A DNA stretch of 64,000 nt from the NCBI GenBank assembly GCA_965261735.1, contig OZ253470.1, forward strand, positions 2,208,001-2,272,000, given 5' to 3'. Made by a program: the position numbers and the translations under genes. The DNA is from Alphaproteobacteria bacterium. GTDB taxonomy: Bacteria; Pseudomonadota; Alphaproteobacteria; SHVV01. The notes below the pieces were generated by a model. It did not search any database. It was not told the origin of the DNA and worked only from the letters and a program-made list of their open reading frames with translations. This document shows positions 32,473-43,745 of the stretch, piece by piece; within the stretch, counting starts at the first letter, position 1; every line of letters starts with the position of its first letter.

Positions 32473-33577
32473 CTTGCCTATCCGGTTAACACCCATGGCC
32501 GCTACATGTAGGGTGCCACCACTCTCCCGAGTAAAGCTCGGCATAGGTTGGAGCAGAGGTGTCGCCCGCGATGCCGAGCAATGAGCGGAAGGCGTTGAAC
32601 GGGTAGAACCGCCTGTTGAAGCGGAAGGTGAACTCGTTGAGGTAGGCTTGTAGGTGCTGGTGGCTAACGCCGTGGTGGATACCGATCAGCCACGTCTTCA
32701 GGTTGGCGAAAACCAGATGGATGATCGGCAGGTATTGCTCGGCAACCTCTGGATCACCACACTCGGCAACAGCGAAGTGCTCATAGCCGCGCTTCCCGAG
32801 GCCAGCATAGCCGCTCCAATCGTCAGTAACGATCAGCGATCGCGGCGCGACGGTGCTCTCGACGAACCCACAGAGCGACTCGGCGCTACGGTCGAGCACG
32901 ACGGCGAGCCGAACGCGTCCGGCATAGCGTCCGTCTTTCCGGTTGTCGAGCTTGGTGCCCGGCTTTCGATGACGCACCTCGATGGCACAGGAGACGGGAA
33001 CCTTGTGGTGAACACCACGGCCTTCCCCACGCGTTCGCCCGCCAACCCAGGTTTCGTCCACCTCAACATGGTTCTTGGGCTGTCCACCGATCCTGTCTTG
33101 GTTGGGCCGCACCATGCCCGAGCGGAGCTTGTGGAGAATTTGAAAGGCCGTCTCGTAGCGCGAAAGACCAAGTTGCCGCTGAAACTGCACGGCGGACATG
33201 CCGGGCGTCTGACTGGCGACCAGATAAGCGGCCCAGAACCAGACGTTCAGCGGAGTGTGGCTACGCTCCATCACTGTTCCCACCGTCAGCCCGGTGTTCT
33301 GGCGGCACTTGCGGCAGCGCAGGACGCCAGGGCGGTTTTCAAAGTGGAACGGCTCTCCCGCCGTGCCGCAGTGCGGGCAGGCAAAGCCGTCTCCCCAGCG
33401 GGCTTTCTCCAGGTAGGCGGCGCAGGCCGCATCATCGGGGAAAAGTCGCTGGAACTCGGGTAGCGAATGCGGGAATGGGAGATCGGCGCGGTCGAGAACA
33501 TCCATGGCGCGCTCCCCTATATCCGGGTTGCGCCCATTCTAGCCCTAGTGGGTGTGGGTGTAAACCGGATAGGCAAG
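32473..33577 (-). mobile_element. IS1595 family full-length copy
   Basis: 1105 bp, same IRs; no TSD (CTTCGTAA vs GGCGTATC). Confidence 0.94.
32486..33505 (-). CDS. IS1595 family transposase (intact)
   Basis: Zinc ribbon CPHC/CRKC, VEVDETWVGG, TDDWSGY and YLNEFTFRFNRR. Confidence 0.94.
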   Translation of the reverse strand: MDVLDRADLPFPHSLPEFQRLFPDDAACAAYLEKARWGDGFACPHCGTAGEPFHFENRPGVLRCRKCRQNTGLTVGTVMERSHTPLNVWFWAAYLVASQTPGMSAVQFQRQLGLSRYETAFQILHKLRSGMVRPNQDRIGGQPKNHVEVDETWVGGRTRGEGRGVHHKVPVSCAIEVRHRKPGTKLDNRKDGRYAGRVRLAVVLDRSAESLCGFVESTVAPRSLIVTDDWSGYAGLGKRGYEHFAVAECGDPEVAEQYLPIIHLVFANLKTWLIGIHHGVSHQHLQAYLNEFTFRFNRRFYPFNAFRSLLGIAGDTSAPTYAELYSGEWWHPTCSGHGC

Positions 33578-33730
33578 GGCGTATCCTTCCTTCGTGGAAA
33601 TGGCGACTTAGATCATCGCCAGGATACGCCGCCTTTACTTCACCCCATCACCAAGATTCAGCTATAGCTAAATATCAACCCGCCCCGCGGTCGACCGCTG
33701 CTGCCCCCAATCTACAAGAGGCGGCGCGAC

Positions 33731-35146
33731 ATGATCGTGAATGGTCTGTACAGGCGCTACGCGGAGAACCTCATTAAGCGGAAGGCCCGTGAAGGTCATG
33801 CCGCCGGCTGGACCCGCCTGCCTTATCCGCCGGCGGAGAACCGGCGCCTGTTGATCACGCAGCCGCCCCGCTCTCTCAAATCGATCTGCGCCTCGGTCGC
33901 GTTCCCGGCCTGGGTGCTGGGCCACGATCCCACCGTGCGCATCATGTGTGTGAGCTACGGCGAGGGCCTTGCCCACGAGTTTGCCCGGCAGTTTCGCATG
34001 GTCACCGACGGCGAGTGGTACCGGCGGGTCTTTCCCCGCATGCGTCTCAAGACGGAAACCAGGACCGAGGCGGTCACGACCAGGGGCGGCGGCCGGGTCG
34101 CCCTGTCCGTGGGCGGCTCGATTACCGGCCGCGGTGCGGACTTCATCATCATCGACGACCCGCTCAAGGCCGAGGACAGCGCTTCCGAAACGGCCCGCGC
34201 CAGGGTCATCGACTGGTACGACGGCACGCTCAGCACCCGGCTCAACGACAAGGAGCTGGGTGTCATCATCCTGGTCATGCAGCGGCTGCACCAGGAGGAC
34301 CTCGCCGGCTTCGTGATCGAGCGCGGCGGCTGGCTTGAGCTCAGTCTCCCGGCGATCGCCCCCGTTGACCAGGAGGTGTCGGTCAGCCCGGATGAGCTGC
34401 ATTATCGCGAGGCGGGCTCGATACTCCATCCCGAGCGCGAGTCCGGCGAGACCCTGGAGCGGATCAAGGCCGAGATCGGCAGCCTCCAGTTCTCGGCACA
34501 ATACCAGCAAAGCCCCGTTCCGCCGGAGGGCAACCTCATCAGGCGCGACTGGCTCAAGACCTACGACACCGCCCCCTCTCGCGGTCCCGGGGTCAGGATC
34601 GTGCAAAGCTGGGACATCGCGACAACGACCGATGAGCGCAATGACTGGTCGGTCTGCACCACCTGGGCCATCAGGCAAAAGGTCTTCTATCTCCTCGATG
34701 TCTGGCGCGCCCGGGTCGAGTTCCCTGCGCTCAGGCGCCAGATCGTCAACCACGCACTCGCTCACCGGGCACAGACCGTGCTGATCGAGAAGGCCGGTCC
34801 AGGACTGCAGCTGGTCCAGGAGTTGCGGAACGATCCGACGCCCCAGTTTCCAAAGCCGATCGGCATCGTGCCGGAAGGCGACAAGCGGATGCGCATGGAA
34901 GCGCAAACGCCGCGCTTCGAAGCCGGTCACGTGTTGCTGCCAAAGGAGGCCCCCTGGCTCGCCGACCTTCTTGACGAGCTGCTCGCCTTCCCGCGTGGGC
35001 GGCACGACGACCAGGTCGACAGCGTCTCCCAGTTCCTCAAGTGGGCGTGGGCCGACTGGAGGCGACCGAGTATTGCTCTGACCGCCCCCGAACTTATCAG
35101 GCTCGACGACGGAATCATGGATCAGCCGTTCTCGAGATATTGCTGA
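33731..35146 (+). pseudogene. Phage terminase large subunit, N-terminus probably truncated or chimeric
   Basis: PPRSLKS Walker A variant, ITGRGADFIIIDDP Walker B, VMQRLH, QSWD and FPRGRHDDQVDS nuclease motifs; the first ~30 aa look unrelated. Confidence 0.8.
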
Positions 35147-35433
35147 AATAGATGATCAGGCCTGACGCAGCACCTTAGCTGGCGCTTCGGAATAAGTGCG
35201 CGCGCCGGGTTTGATAACCGCCGTCGAAGGGTGTGCGCAGCCCAGCGACACTGGTGGGACACTTGACCGATGTGAGCTCCATTAAGCCGCCTTCGAAATC
35301 GAAACGAAATGCCTTTGTCGACCGATCAACGCTGGATGCTATTACAAAAGCACCAAATTTTTTTGAATGAGGATGCCGAGAATCTCGACGAAGGTGACCA
35401 CGGCTTTCGGAAATCATGCTGTGGGACTTAGGG

Positions 35434-36827
35434 GGTTGTGTCTCGAAAGTGGTGGAAATTGGTTTTGGCGCCTCTCCGAGCGGGTTGAGTTTTGCGGCGG
35501 TCAGGCTGCGCGGTCAAGGGTTTCGTCGGCGATTAGCTGATCGAGGGTTTCCCATCCATCGACTTTGCGCATCTGGATTTGGCCGGAAGCGAGGAGTGCC
35601 CAGAGGAGCATCGGCACTGTTTCGGGACACGGCAGCACGGTCTGTGTTTTGATCCGGCGCTTGAACTCCTCGTTGAGACGCTCAATGGCGTTGGTCGTTC
35701 GGGCTGATTTCCATTGGCTCTTGGACAGGCGCGTGAAGGTAAAGAGCTTGTCGCCCGCTTCTGCGAGGCTGTCCGCGACGGCCCTGCATTTCAGCCGCCA
35801 CTTGCGGACAAACGCCTTGCGGCGGGTTTCCACCTCGGAGGCAGTGTCGGCATAGATCATATCGCGGTAATCTTCGCTCAGCTCGTCATGCATGTGTTTG
35901 GGAGCATGACCCAGAAGGTTGCGGTGCTTGTGCACGGTGCAGCGTTGAACGGGAAGGTCATCGCCCCAAAGCGCCGACAGAGCCGCCTCCAGTCCCGGCG
36001 CGCCATCGACGATGACAAACCCGGGCCGTTTCAGTCCACGCGCATCAAGGTCGTCGAGGAACTGGCGCCACGCCGCCTGGCTTTCTCCGCCCATATTCCC
36101 GATCGAAAGCAAGACCTTCTGGCCATCCCGGCGCACCCCTATAGCCGCGAGAACCGAGATGTTGGTGGCCTTGCGGTCCAGTCGGGTCTTGATCACAGTG
36201 CCGTCAAGGATCAGCCGAACGATATCCTCATCCGCGAGGCCACGGCTGCACCAGGCGTCCCAATCGACCTTCACCTTGCGCCACGCCCGGCTCACAACGT
36301 CCTTGCTCACAGCACCCCGGAAGAGCCCGAACAGCGCGCGTTTCACCCGCCGCGTGTTGGTTCCGGACAGATACACCGAAGCGATCAGCGCCTCGGCCTT
36401 TCTGGTCAGCCGCTGGTAGCGCGGCAGCGCCCGCGAACGCCATTCCGACGCCCGACCGTCTTCCTCAACGATCCGCGCACGCGGCACGCTCACCCTCTCG
36501 GTCCCGAATGTCCCCGTCAGTTGCCGCTCCCGGTGCCCGTTCCGATACCCTTGCCGAAGCGCGTCCTCTCGACCGTATCGGCAGCGCCCGAGAAACTGCG
36601 CAAGTTCCTCCTCAAAAACGGCCTCGATCGTGGATCTGATGTTCTCCCGCAGCCGGTCCTCGAGCGGATCATAGCCGGCGTCATTGGCCAGTAGCGAAAG
36701 CGCGGAAGTCTCGGTAGTGTTCTTCATGGCGTGATCTCCTTGGCGGTGCTAGCCGCCGATTGGGTGGTTGTCTTGTCACCCGGAGATTACGCCATCCTCA
36801 AATTTCCACCACTTTCGAGACACAGCC
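35434..36827 (-). mobile_element. IS256 family element, type B, with 8-bp TSD ACTTAGGG
   Basis: IRs GGTTGTGTCTCGAAAGTGGTGGAAATT and GGCTGTGTCTCGAAAGTGGTGGAAATT; TSD at 35426-35433 and 36828-36835. Confidence 0.95.
35501..36727 (-). CDS. IS256 family transposase
   Basis: YRNGHR, LILDGT, IVDGAPGL, QRCTVHK and TTNAIERLNEE. Confidence 0.94.
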   Translation of the reverse strand: MKNTTETSALSLLANDAGYDPLEDRLRENIRSTIEAVFEEELAQFLGRCRYGREDALRQGYRNGHRERQLTGTFGTERVSVPRARIVEEDGRASEWRSRALPRYQRLTRKAEALIASVYLSGTNTRRVKRALFGLFRGAVSKDVVSRAWRKVKVDWDAWCSRGLADEDIVRLILDGTVIKTRLDRKATNISVLAAIGVRRDGQKVLLSIGNMGGESQAAWRQFLDDLDARGLKRPGFVIVDGAPGLEAALSALWGDDLPVQRCTVHKHRNLLGHAPKHMHDELSEDYRDMIYADTASEVETRRKAFVRKWRLKCRAVADSLAEAGDKLFTFTRLSKSQWKSARTTNAIERLNEEFKRRIKTQTVLPCPETVPMLLWALLASGQIQMRKVDGWETLDQLIADETLDRAA

Positions 36828-36869
36828 ACTTAGGGCGCCCACAAACTGACATAAAGAGGATGTTTTTCC

Positions 36870-37242
36870 ATGCGACAACAAACGACTCCCGAATCGGGAA
36901 CCCTGACGGCTCTGGCGGCAGCTAGTGAGCCGCCGGAGGATCCGCGTGAGCGGGCCGCGTTCTACTGGACCCGCGCGAATCACTTTGCTCGGCGCGCTGT
37001 CGAGGATGCGTGGCGTTGCGGCCAAGCGCTCAATGAGGCCAAGGCCGCGTTGCCTCATGGAGCGTGGCACCCCTGGTTGGAAAGCAGAGCCATTGCAAGG
37101 CGCACCGCGACGCGATGGATGGAGCTCGCCCGCGAGATTGAAATCGGCCAAATTGGCCGATTCGAAAGCGTGGAGGCCGCGCTCAAGTCGGTTGATAAGT
37201 GGAGACTAGACGAGTACGCCGCACGCGCGCGCTCGGCAACGG
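36870..37242 (+). pseudogene. DUF3102-like phage protein, 3' end fused to the portal remnant
   Basis: GQALNEAKAALPHGAWHPWLE...RTATRWMELA pattern. Confidence 0.6.
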
Positions 37243-38265
37243 GAGGCCCGCGAAGCGATTGGCGGATATACCGAGATCATTTCCCGGCTGGTCGAGGCGC
37301 AAGCGGCGGGAACCACGCAACTCGCGAGCGCGACCGCCGCGACCGAGGCCGTGGCCGGCTTGCTCTCACGATCCCTCGCGGCGGCGCTGGTCGAGGGCTC
37401 GGGGGCGTCCGAGGTCGTGACACCGCGTGTCCTGGGCCAGATGGGCCGCGACCTGATCCGCGTTGGTGAGTCGTTGCACGTCATTCGTTTCATGGGTGGG
37501 CGCCTGCTGCTGATCCCGGCGAGCACTTGGTATTGGGAAGGCGACACGGACCCGGCGACGTGGCTTTGCACGGCGACCGCCTACGGGCCGTCGGGATCGT
37601 CGACGTGGCGGGTGCCGCAATCGAGCGTCGTTTTTGTGACCTGGGGAAGTCCGACCGCGCGGCCATACCATGGCTTGTCGCCTTCGTCCTGGGCCGCCGA
37701 TACGGCACGGCTGAACGCGAACACCGAGCGATCCTTGGCCGATGAGGCCGGCGGACCCGTCGCCCAACTCTTGCCGGTTCCGCATGACGGTGGCGACGAC
37801 GACGCGCTCGCCGCATTGAAGGGCGACATTAAAGAGGCACGCGGTAAGGCGTTGCTGGTCGAGACTGTCAATTACGGCTGGGGCGAGGGCAAGGGCGCCG
37901 CCCCCATGGCGGACTGGAAGCAACAACGGCTTGGGCCGCAACCGACCGAGGCAATGGTCAAGCTCGCCGGCGCGGCGTTTGATCGCGTGCTCGCCGCGTC
38001 GGGCTGTTCGCCGGCGTTGTTCGACGACTCGGACGGAACGGCGAAACGCGAGGCGTTGCGGCAATGGCACTTGGGCGCCGTCATGCCGCTGGCCCGGCAG
38101 ATTGAGCACGAACTGGCGGCGAAGCTCGAAACCGACGTGCGGCTCCGTTTTGATTTGTACAACGTGGATCTCGCCGGCCGCGCTCAAGCGTTCCAGAAAC
38201 TTGTCGCCGGCGGCGTGGCGGTGAACGAAGCGCTGGTTACGGCCGGCCTGTTGGCGGGCGAGTGA
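37243..38265 (+). pseudogene. Phage portal protein lacking its start
   Basis: Open from EAREAIGG; DLIRVGESLH, PYHGLSP, VMPLARQIEHELAAKL and RAQAFQKLVAGG..VNEA are HK97-portal-like. Confidence 0.72.
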
Positions 38266-38356
38266 TGCCACGGCCGCCGCAGTGCACCTTTGAGTGTTGA
38301 CAAATATATTAATGCAGTTTACTAATGTACATCAAGCGAGAAATCGGAGGTTGCCG

Positions 38357-38761
38357 ATGGCGAAGCGAAAGGCGCAGGCGGGCCGCAAACTCGTCAGCGT
38401 GCCGAACGAGACATACGACGCGCTCGCTCAGCTTCAACGGGAGCTGGCGGCGGTCACCGGGCAGCGGGTGACCATCGGTGATGTGGTCGCGCGTGGAGCG
38501 CAATGCCTCTGCGACGCGCATGCGGGGCAGACGTGGCTGACTCCCGCCGAACAGGAAGCACCGCTGAGGGAGCGGGTTCGAACGGCCGTAATGTCGAACC
38601 TGATCGCCTTGCGCGAAATGGTGCCGGGAATCGGCATCGGCGAAATCGGGTACGACCCGGACAACGATGCTGTCTTGGTGAACGTCGCGGGCGAAGATGA
38701 GCCGGTGCCGCTCTATCCCGATTCGCCGACCGCTTGGGCCGCGCGCCGAAGGCCAAACTGA
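38357..38761 (+). CDS. Hypothetical DNA-binding (ribbon-helix-helix-like) protein
   Basis: GGAGG RBS; LVSVPNETYDALAQL...TIGDVV; an AT-rich stretch with TTGACA lies at 38297. Confidence 0.5.
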   Translation: MAKRKAQAGRKLVSVPNETYDALAQLQRELAAVTGQRVTIGDVVARGAQCLCDAHAGQTWLTPAEQEAPLRERVRTAVMSNLIALREMVPGIGIGEIGYDPDNDAVLVNVAGEDEPVPLYPDSPTAWAARRRPN

Positions 38762-38779
38762 GGGGATGGGCCGCGGCTG

Positions 38780-38977
38780 ATGGCGAATCAGAAAGCTGCC
38801 ATCACGCAAGCGGAGGTCGCGCGCCTCGCCAAAGGCATGCGCGCCGCCGGCATCGACGAATTTTCGATCAAGGTCGAGAAGCCGGACGGCACCAAGATTT
38901 CCATCGACACGGGCAAAACTTTTGAGGCCGTCAACACGGGCGACGATATCGACGCGATGATCGAGAGGTTGCCGTGA
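38780..38977 (+). CDS. Small excisionase-like protein preceding the integrase
   Basis: ITQAEVARLAKGMRAAG; GTGA overlap with the integrase start. Confidence 0.55.
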   Translation: MANQKAAITQAEVARLAKGMRAAGIDEFSIKVEKPDGTKISIDTGKTFEAVNTGDDIDAMIERLP

Positions 38978-41516
38978 AGCATCGCCGCAATCCCTTCCCC
39001 GGCGTTTCGACGAAGCCTGACCGCCACGGCAAGCTGCGGCACCGGTTGCGGCGCACCGTTATGGGGCGCAAGGTCGACACATATCTGCGCGGACCCTACG
39101 GCTCGGCAGAGTTCCGCGCGGCCTATGAGGAAGCCTGCGAGGGTGGGCGCGTGGCAGGACGGCGGGCGCCGCCCGGCACTATCGCCTACCTGATCGAGGC
39201 ATACCTGGACTCGGCCGCGTTTCGGAACCTCGCGCCCACGACGCGCACGGACAAGCGACCGCGGCTTGACTGGATCAGGGCGGCCATCGGCGACGCCCGC
39301 TATGCCCGGATGCAGCCGCGCCAAGTCGAAGCGCTGATGACGAAGAAAGGCGGCCCGGAAGCTTCAAACCGGCTGAAGAAAGACTTGGCCCAGCTTTTCC
39401 GCTTCGCGGCCAAGCACTTCGCATTCAGCAGCCCGAACCCAGCTGCGCTCGCCGACTCGTACAAGATCAGATCGTCGGGTTTTCACTCGTGGACGAACGA
39501 GGAAATAACCAGTTTTCGTCACCAATTCCCATCGGGATCACAGGCGCGGTTGGCGCTGGAACTCTTTCTGGGCACCGGCGCGGCAAGGCAGGACGCAGCG
39601 GGCTTGACGCGGGCGAACATTCGCGGCGCTGAAATCCACTACAGCCGGCAAAAAACCGGGCAAGACGTGGTAATCCCGATACTGCCCGAGCTGCGGCTCG
39701 AATTGGCGCGTATTCCGCCGACCCGACTTCCGATTCTGGCGCATGGTCGCCCGGAGCGACTGTATACAGCGCGCGCTTTGGGGGGCCTGTTCCGCCGCTG
39801 GTGTACGGAGGCCGCCTTGCCGGATCATTGCCGATCCCATGGGCTTCGCAAGGCGGGCGCGCGGCGACTGGCCGAAGCGGGGTCGTGTCCCAGGACGTGG
39901 TGTAGGAGTTGTTGGAGCCTCTGTTAGCTGTGGGTAGGCGGCTTGCCGTAGCGACCGCCGAGAGTCTGGCGTAGGCAAGCCGGCTATCCACAGCGGAGGC
40001 CATCGCGGTTCCGGTTTAGGGTTGGGCTAGTGCAAACCAACCTGACCCGAAGGAGAACCACGATGACCCAGGACATGATGACCCTGCGCGCGCTTTTGGA
40101 GAAGAGCTCCGATGCCGATCTGCTTTGCGAGATGATCGGCTTCACGGCCGAGCGGCTGATGGCACTGGAGGTTGAGGGCCTGACCGGCGCCGGGCACGGC
40201 GAGCGCTCGGCGGATCGTATCACCCATCGCAACGGCTACCGCGACCGGTCCTGGGAGACGCGGGCCGGCACGGTCGAGCTGAAGATCCCGAAGCTGAGGA
40301 AGGGAAGCTACTTCCCGGGCTTCCTGGAGCCGCGGCGGATGGCCGAGAAGGCGCTGGCTGCGGTGATCCAGGAGGCCTACATCCAGGGGGTGTCGACCCG
40401 CTCGGTCGACGATCTGGTTCAGGCGATGGGGATGTCGGGCGCCTCCAAGAGCCAGGTCTCCAGGCTGTGCGGCGAGATCGACGATAAGGTCAACGGCTTC
40501 CTCGATCGACCGCTGGAGGGCGACTGGCCCTATCTGTGGCTCGACGCCACCTACGTGAAGGTGCGCCAGACCGGACGCATCGTCTCGGTCGCGGTGACCG
40601 TGGCTGTGGCCGTCAACGACCAAGGCCGCCGCGAGGTCCTGGGCGTGGCGATCGGCGCGTCGGAGGCCGAGACCTTCTGGACCGAGTTCCTGCGCTCGCT
40701 GGCCCGGCGCGGGCTGCGCGGCGTGAAGCTGGTGATCTCCGACGACCACAAGGGCCTGAAGGCCGCCGCGACCCGGATCCTCGGCGCCACATGGCAGCGC
40801 TGCCGCGTGCACTTCGCCCGCAACCTGCTGGCCCATGCCGGCCGCCAGGGCCGGCGCGTCGTCTCCGCCTTCGTCGCCACCGCCTTCGCCCAGGAGGACG
40901 CCGACAGCGCGAAGGTCCAGTGGCGCCAGGTCGCCGACCAGCTCAGGCCCAAGGTGCCCAAGCTGGCAGTTCTCATGGACGAAGCCGAGCACGACGTCCT
41001 CGCCTACATGAGCTTCCCCAGGGAGCACCGCCAGAAATTGCACTCCACAAACCCGATCGAACGGCTCCATGCCGAGGTCAAGCGTCGCACCAACGTCGTC
41101 GGTATCTTTCCCAACGAAGCCGCCATCACACGGCTCGTCGGCGCCATCCTTCTCGAGCAGAACGACGAGTGGGCCGTCTCAAGGAGATACATGACGCTGG
41201 AATCCATCGCTCCGCTGAGCGATGGTGTCCCCATCACGCTGCCCACCGTGGCAGCCTGAACGTCCCGGCCCTACCCGCCGGGAGCCGCGTAGAGCGCAAC
41301 GCTCTTACACCACTCCGCGGGACACGATCCGAAGCGGGCGCCACCGAATTTCAGATTATGAGCTTCCTCGGGCACAAGACCCCTACTGAGGCGGCGCGCT
41401 ACACCGCAGCGGCCAATCGCACGAAGTTGGCCGCGTCGGGGATGGCGAAGTTGAGGGCCATACCGCGAACAGAGTTGTCCAACCTTGACGAAAGGTTAGA
41501 CAATGAAGGGATATAA
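38974..41516 (+). pseudogene. Tyrosine recombinase/integrase interrupted by IS256
   Basis: TGAAR, K and HGLRK lie before the IS; LGH...ARY lies after it (41330-41516). The frame is continuous once the IS and one TSD are removed. Confidence 0.9.
39881..41329 (+). mobile_element. IS256 family element, type A copy 2, with 8-bp TSD CGAAGCGG
   Basis: TSD at 39873-39880 and 41330-41337; transposase ORF at 40030-41259. Confidence 0.95.
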
Positions 41517-41553
41517 AGCATTAATTAATAAAGATAAATCATCAGTGTGCCCA

Positions 41554-41825
41554 GTCCTTCCGGGAATGGACCTCGGTGTTCGCCAGCGAGCGGCTCACCG
41601 GCGCGCTGCTCGACCGCCTCACACACCATGTCCATATCATGGAGATGAACGGCGAAAGCTACCGGCTCAAGCAGAGCAGGTCCCGACGCCGGCCCTCCTC
41701 CGGATAACCCCGCTTGTCCTCGTAGCCCACAGGCCCCTCCCATGGACTACGAGGACAAGCTACCGACGCGCCCGTGGTACAATTTTGCGCCGCCGCGCCG
41801 GTACATTCTTGTGCCGCCGTTGACA
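41554..41825 (+). mobile_element. IS21 family remnant: 3' end of istB plus right end
   Basis: EWTSVFASERLTGALLDRLTHHVHIMEMNGESYRLK; repeated subterminal motifs ending ...CCGCCGTTGACA. Confidence 0.85.
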
Positions 41826-42234
41826 GGGTTCCGGAACAGAAGTTCGATCAGGCCGCGTAGGCCAGATCGCACGCGGACCGCTCCGCTCCGAGCCAGCCGC
41901 TGCTCAAAATCAGACTGAACACCCCCGCGGTCTTCGGCGGATGCATACCGCCCGAGGCAGTGGAAGGCAGTCGCACCGCGCTTCCAAATCGGAATTTGCG
42001 GGGACCCGTGAGCCAACGCGAGGAGCCGTTCTTAGCAAGGGCTCCGGTTTCACTTTGCTGACGGGGGGTGCTAGTCTCCCCGAGACAAGCCCAAAGCGCA
42101 AAGTTTGGCTCGCGCCGCATTCGCGCAGCGATTTCGTGTTGTCCGGCCGATATGCCGGGTGGCGGTCGAGGCCGCCATGCGACCATTGCGGGTACAGCAA
42201 AGGGCGACGATGGAGGACACCACGGAGAGTGCCA

Positions 42235-43104
42235 ATGACGGGCGATACCGCCTTTGAGGAGATCAATGAAGCCAAAGCCAACATGGACTCGATCTACAAT
42301 CAGTCCGACCCAAGGGCTTACTTCCGGGAACTGAAAAAACTCGGCTACGCAATACCCGGCAGCGCCAAGCCCATCTTCCAGAAACTGATCCACCACTTGC
42401 GGCGACGCTGCGACGACACGGTCCACTTGCTGGATCTGGGTTGTTCCTACGGCATCAATGCCGCGCTCCTCAAACATGACCTTTCAATGGAGGAGCTGTA
42501 CGAACATTGGGGCCAGGAGGAGCTGACGGGCGCCGCGCCCGAGGAGGTCATTGCGTACAACCACAATTTCTTTGCCGATCTTGACGAACCTAAGGACATC
42601 GAGGTGATCGGGCTCGACTTGGCCGAAAACGCCATCGCATTTGCCGAAAAGGTCGGCCTGTTGGATGAGGGTCTCGCCGTGAACCTCGAGACCGAGCCGC
42701 TTTCAGCGTTGGCGAAGGAAGATCTGGCGTCGGTCGATTTGGTGACATCGACGGGGTGCGTGGGCTATGTGACCGAGAGGAGTTTCGACCGCTTGTTGCC
42801 GGCGGTGACGCGAGGTCGGCCGCCGTGGATAGCCAATTTCGTGCTGCGGTTGTTTCCCTTCGACGCGATCGAGGAGACCCTGAACAAATGGGGCTACGTG
42901 ACCGAAAAGCTCGATGGCCAAACCTTCTTTCAGCGTCGGTTCGCCTCAGCCGATGAGCAGGAGCAAGTGCTCGAACGGCTGCGCGGCCGAGGTATCGACC
43001 CGACCGGCGCCGAGGCCGAGGGCCATCTTCTCGCCGAGTTCTACCTGTCCCGCCCGATGAGGGATGCAGCTGAGATGCCGATCGAGCGCCTGCTCTTAGC
43101 TTGA
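42235..43104 (+). CDS. Class I SAM-dependent methyltransferase-like protein
   Basis: LLDLGCSYG motif I, IGLDLA and STGCVGYV. Confidence 0.72.
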   Translation: MTGDTAFEEINEAKANMDSIYNQSDPRAYFRELKKLGYAIPGSAKPIFQKLIHHLRRRCDDTVHLLDLGCSYGINAALLKHDLSMEELYEHWGQEELTGAAPEEVIAYNHNFFADLDEPKDIEVIGLDLAENAIAFAEKVGLLDEGLAVNLETEPLSALAKEDLASVDLVTSTGCVGYVTERSFDRLLPAVTRGRPPWIANFVLRLFPFDAIEETLNKWGYVTEKLDGQTFFQRRFASADEQEQVLERLRGRGIDPTGAEAEGHLLAEFYLSRPMRDAAEMPIERLLLA

Positions 43105-43457
43105 GCTCGTTGTTCGGCTGTTGGCGGACATCGAGAGCCGCGGCGCCTTCTTGCGAAGGGCCGGAGAACCGGCTAGAAATGACGGTGCAAGAGATTTGCC
43201 GGCGCGCCCCAGGGGATGCGCGGGCGTAGCGGTGCCTAACATCCCGTCATGCGTTTCTATTGCACGAGCGTCTTGCCTCTTTTGCAATTGCACATCCAAG
43301 CCGCCAGCGAGTAAACCCGCAAGCCAAGGGCCACGCTGGGTTTTCCAACCAATCAGGCGGCGAGGCCTGGAAGGTCCGTCATCGTATCGTAATCGGCTGA
43401 TTTCCATAGCGTGTCTATGCGTGGCGTGTCCGATCCTGATTCACGGTCATCCTCCGT

Positions 43458-43745
43458 CTACGTCTTCTGATCTGCATTCAGCGAATCCTTGAGCGTCGTG
43501 CCAGCCTTAAAGGACGGAGACTTCGACGCCGATATCGAAACGGGCTCGCCGGTCCTTGGATTGCGGCCGGTACGGGCCGGTCGGCTCCTGGTGCCGAAGC
43601 TCCCGAAGCCGGCGATCCGCACCTCCTCGCCGTTTGCCAGCGCCTCGCCGATCGTCTCGAACACACTGTCCACTGCGACCCTCGCAGCGGCCTTGTTCAG
43701 GCCGGTCCGGGCAGCCAGACGATCGGCCATTTGCCCCTTGTTCAT
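43458..43745 (-). CDS. HU family DNA-binding protein
   Basis: MNKGQM...GFGSF...ARTGRNPRTGE...PSFKAG. Confidence 0.93.
   Translation of the reverse strand: MNKGQMADRLAARTGLNKAAARVAVDSVFETIGEALANGEEVRIAGFGSFGTRSRPARTGRNPRTGEPVSISASKSPSFKAGTTLKDSLNADQKT

Noticed and set aside
30935-33577. Composite transposon formed by two direct IS1595 copies around 433 bp
   Set aside because: The outer flanks (CTTCGAAG vs GGCGTATC) are not duplicated, and the middle holds no convincing complete gene.
33731-35146. Intact prophage packaging module
   Set aside because: No small terminase, tail or lysis genes are adjacent; the N-terminus looks chimeric, and the gene is isolated between ISs.
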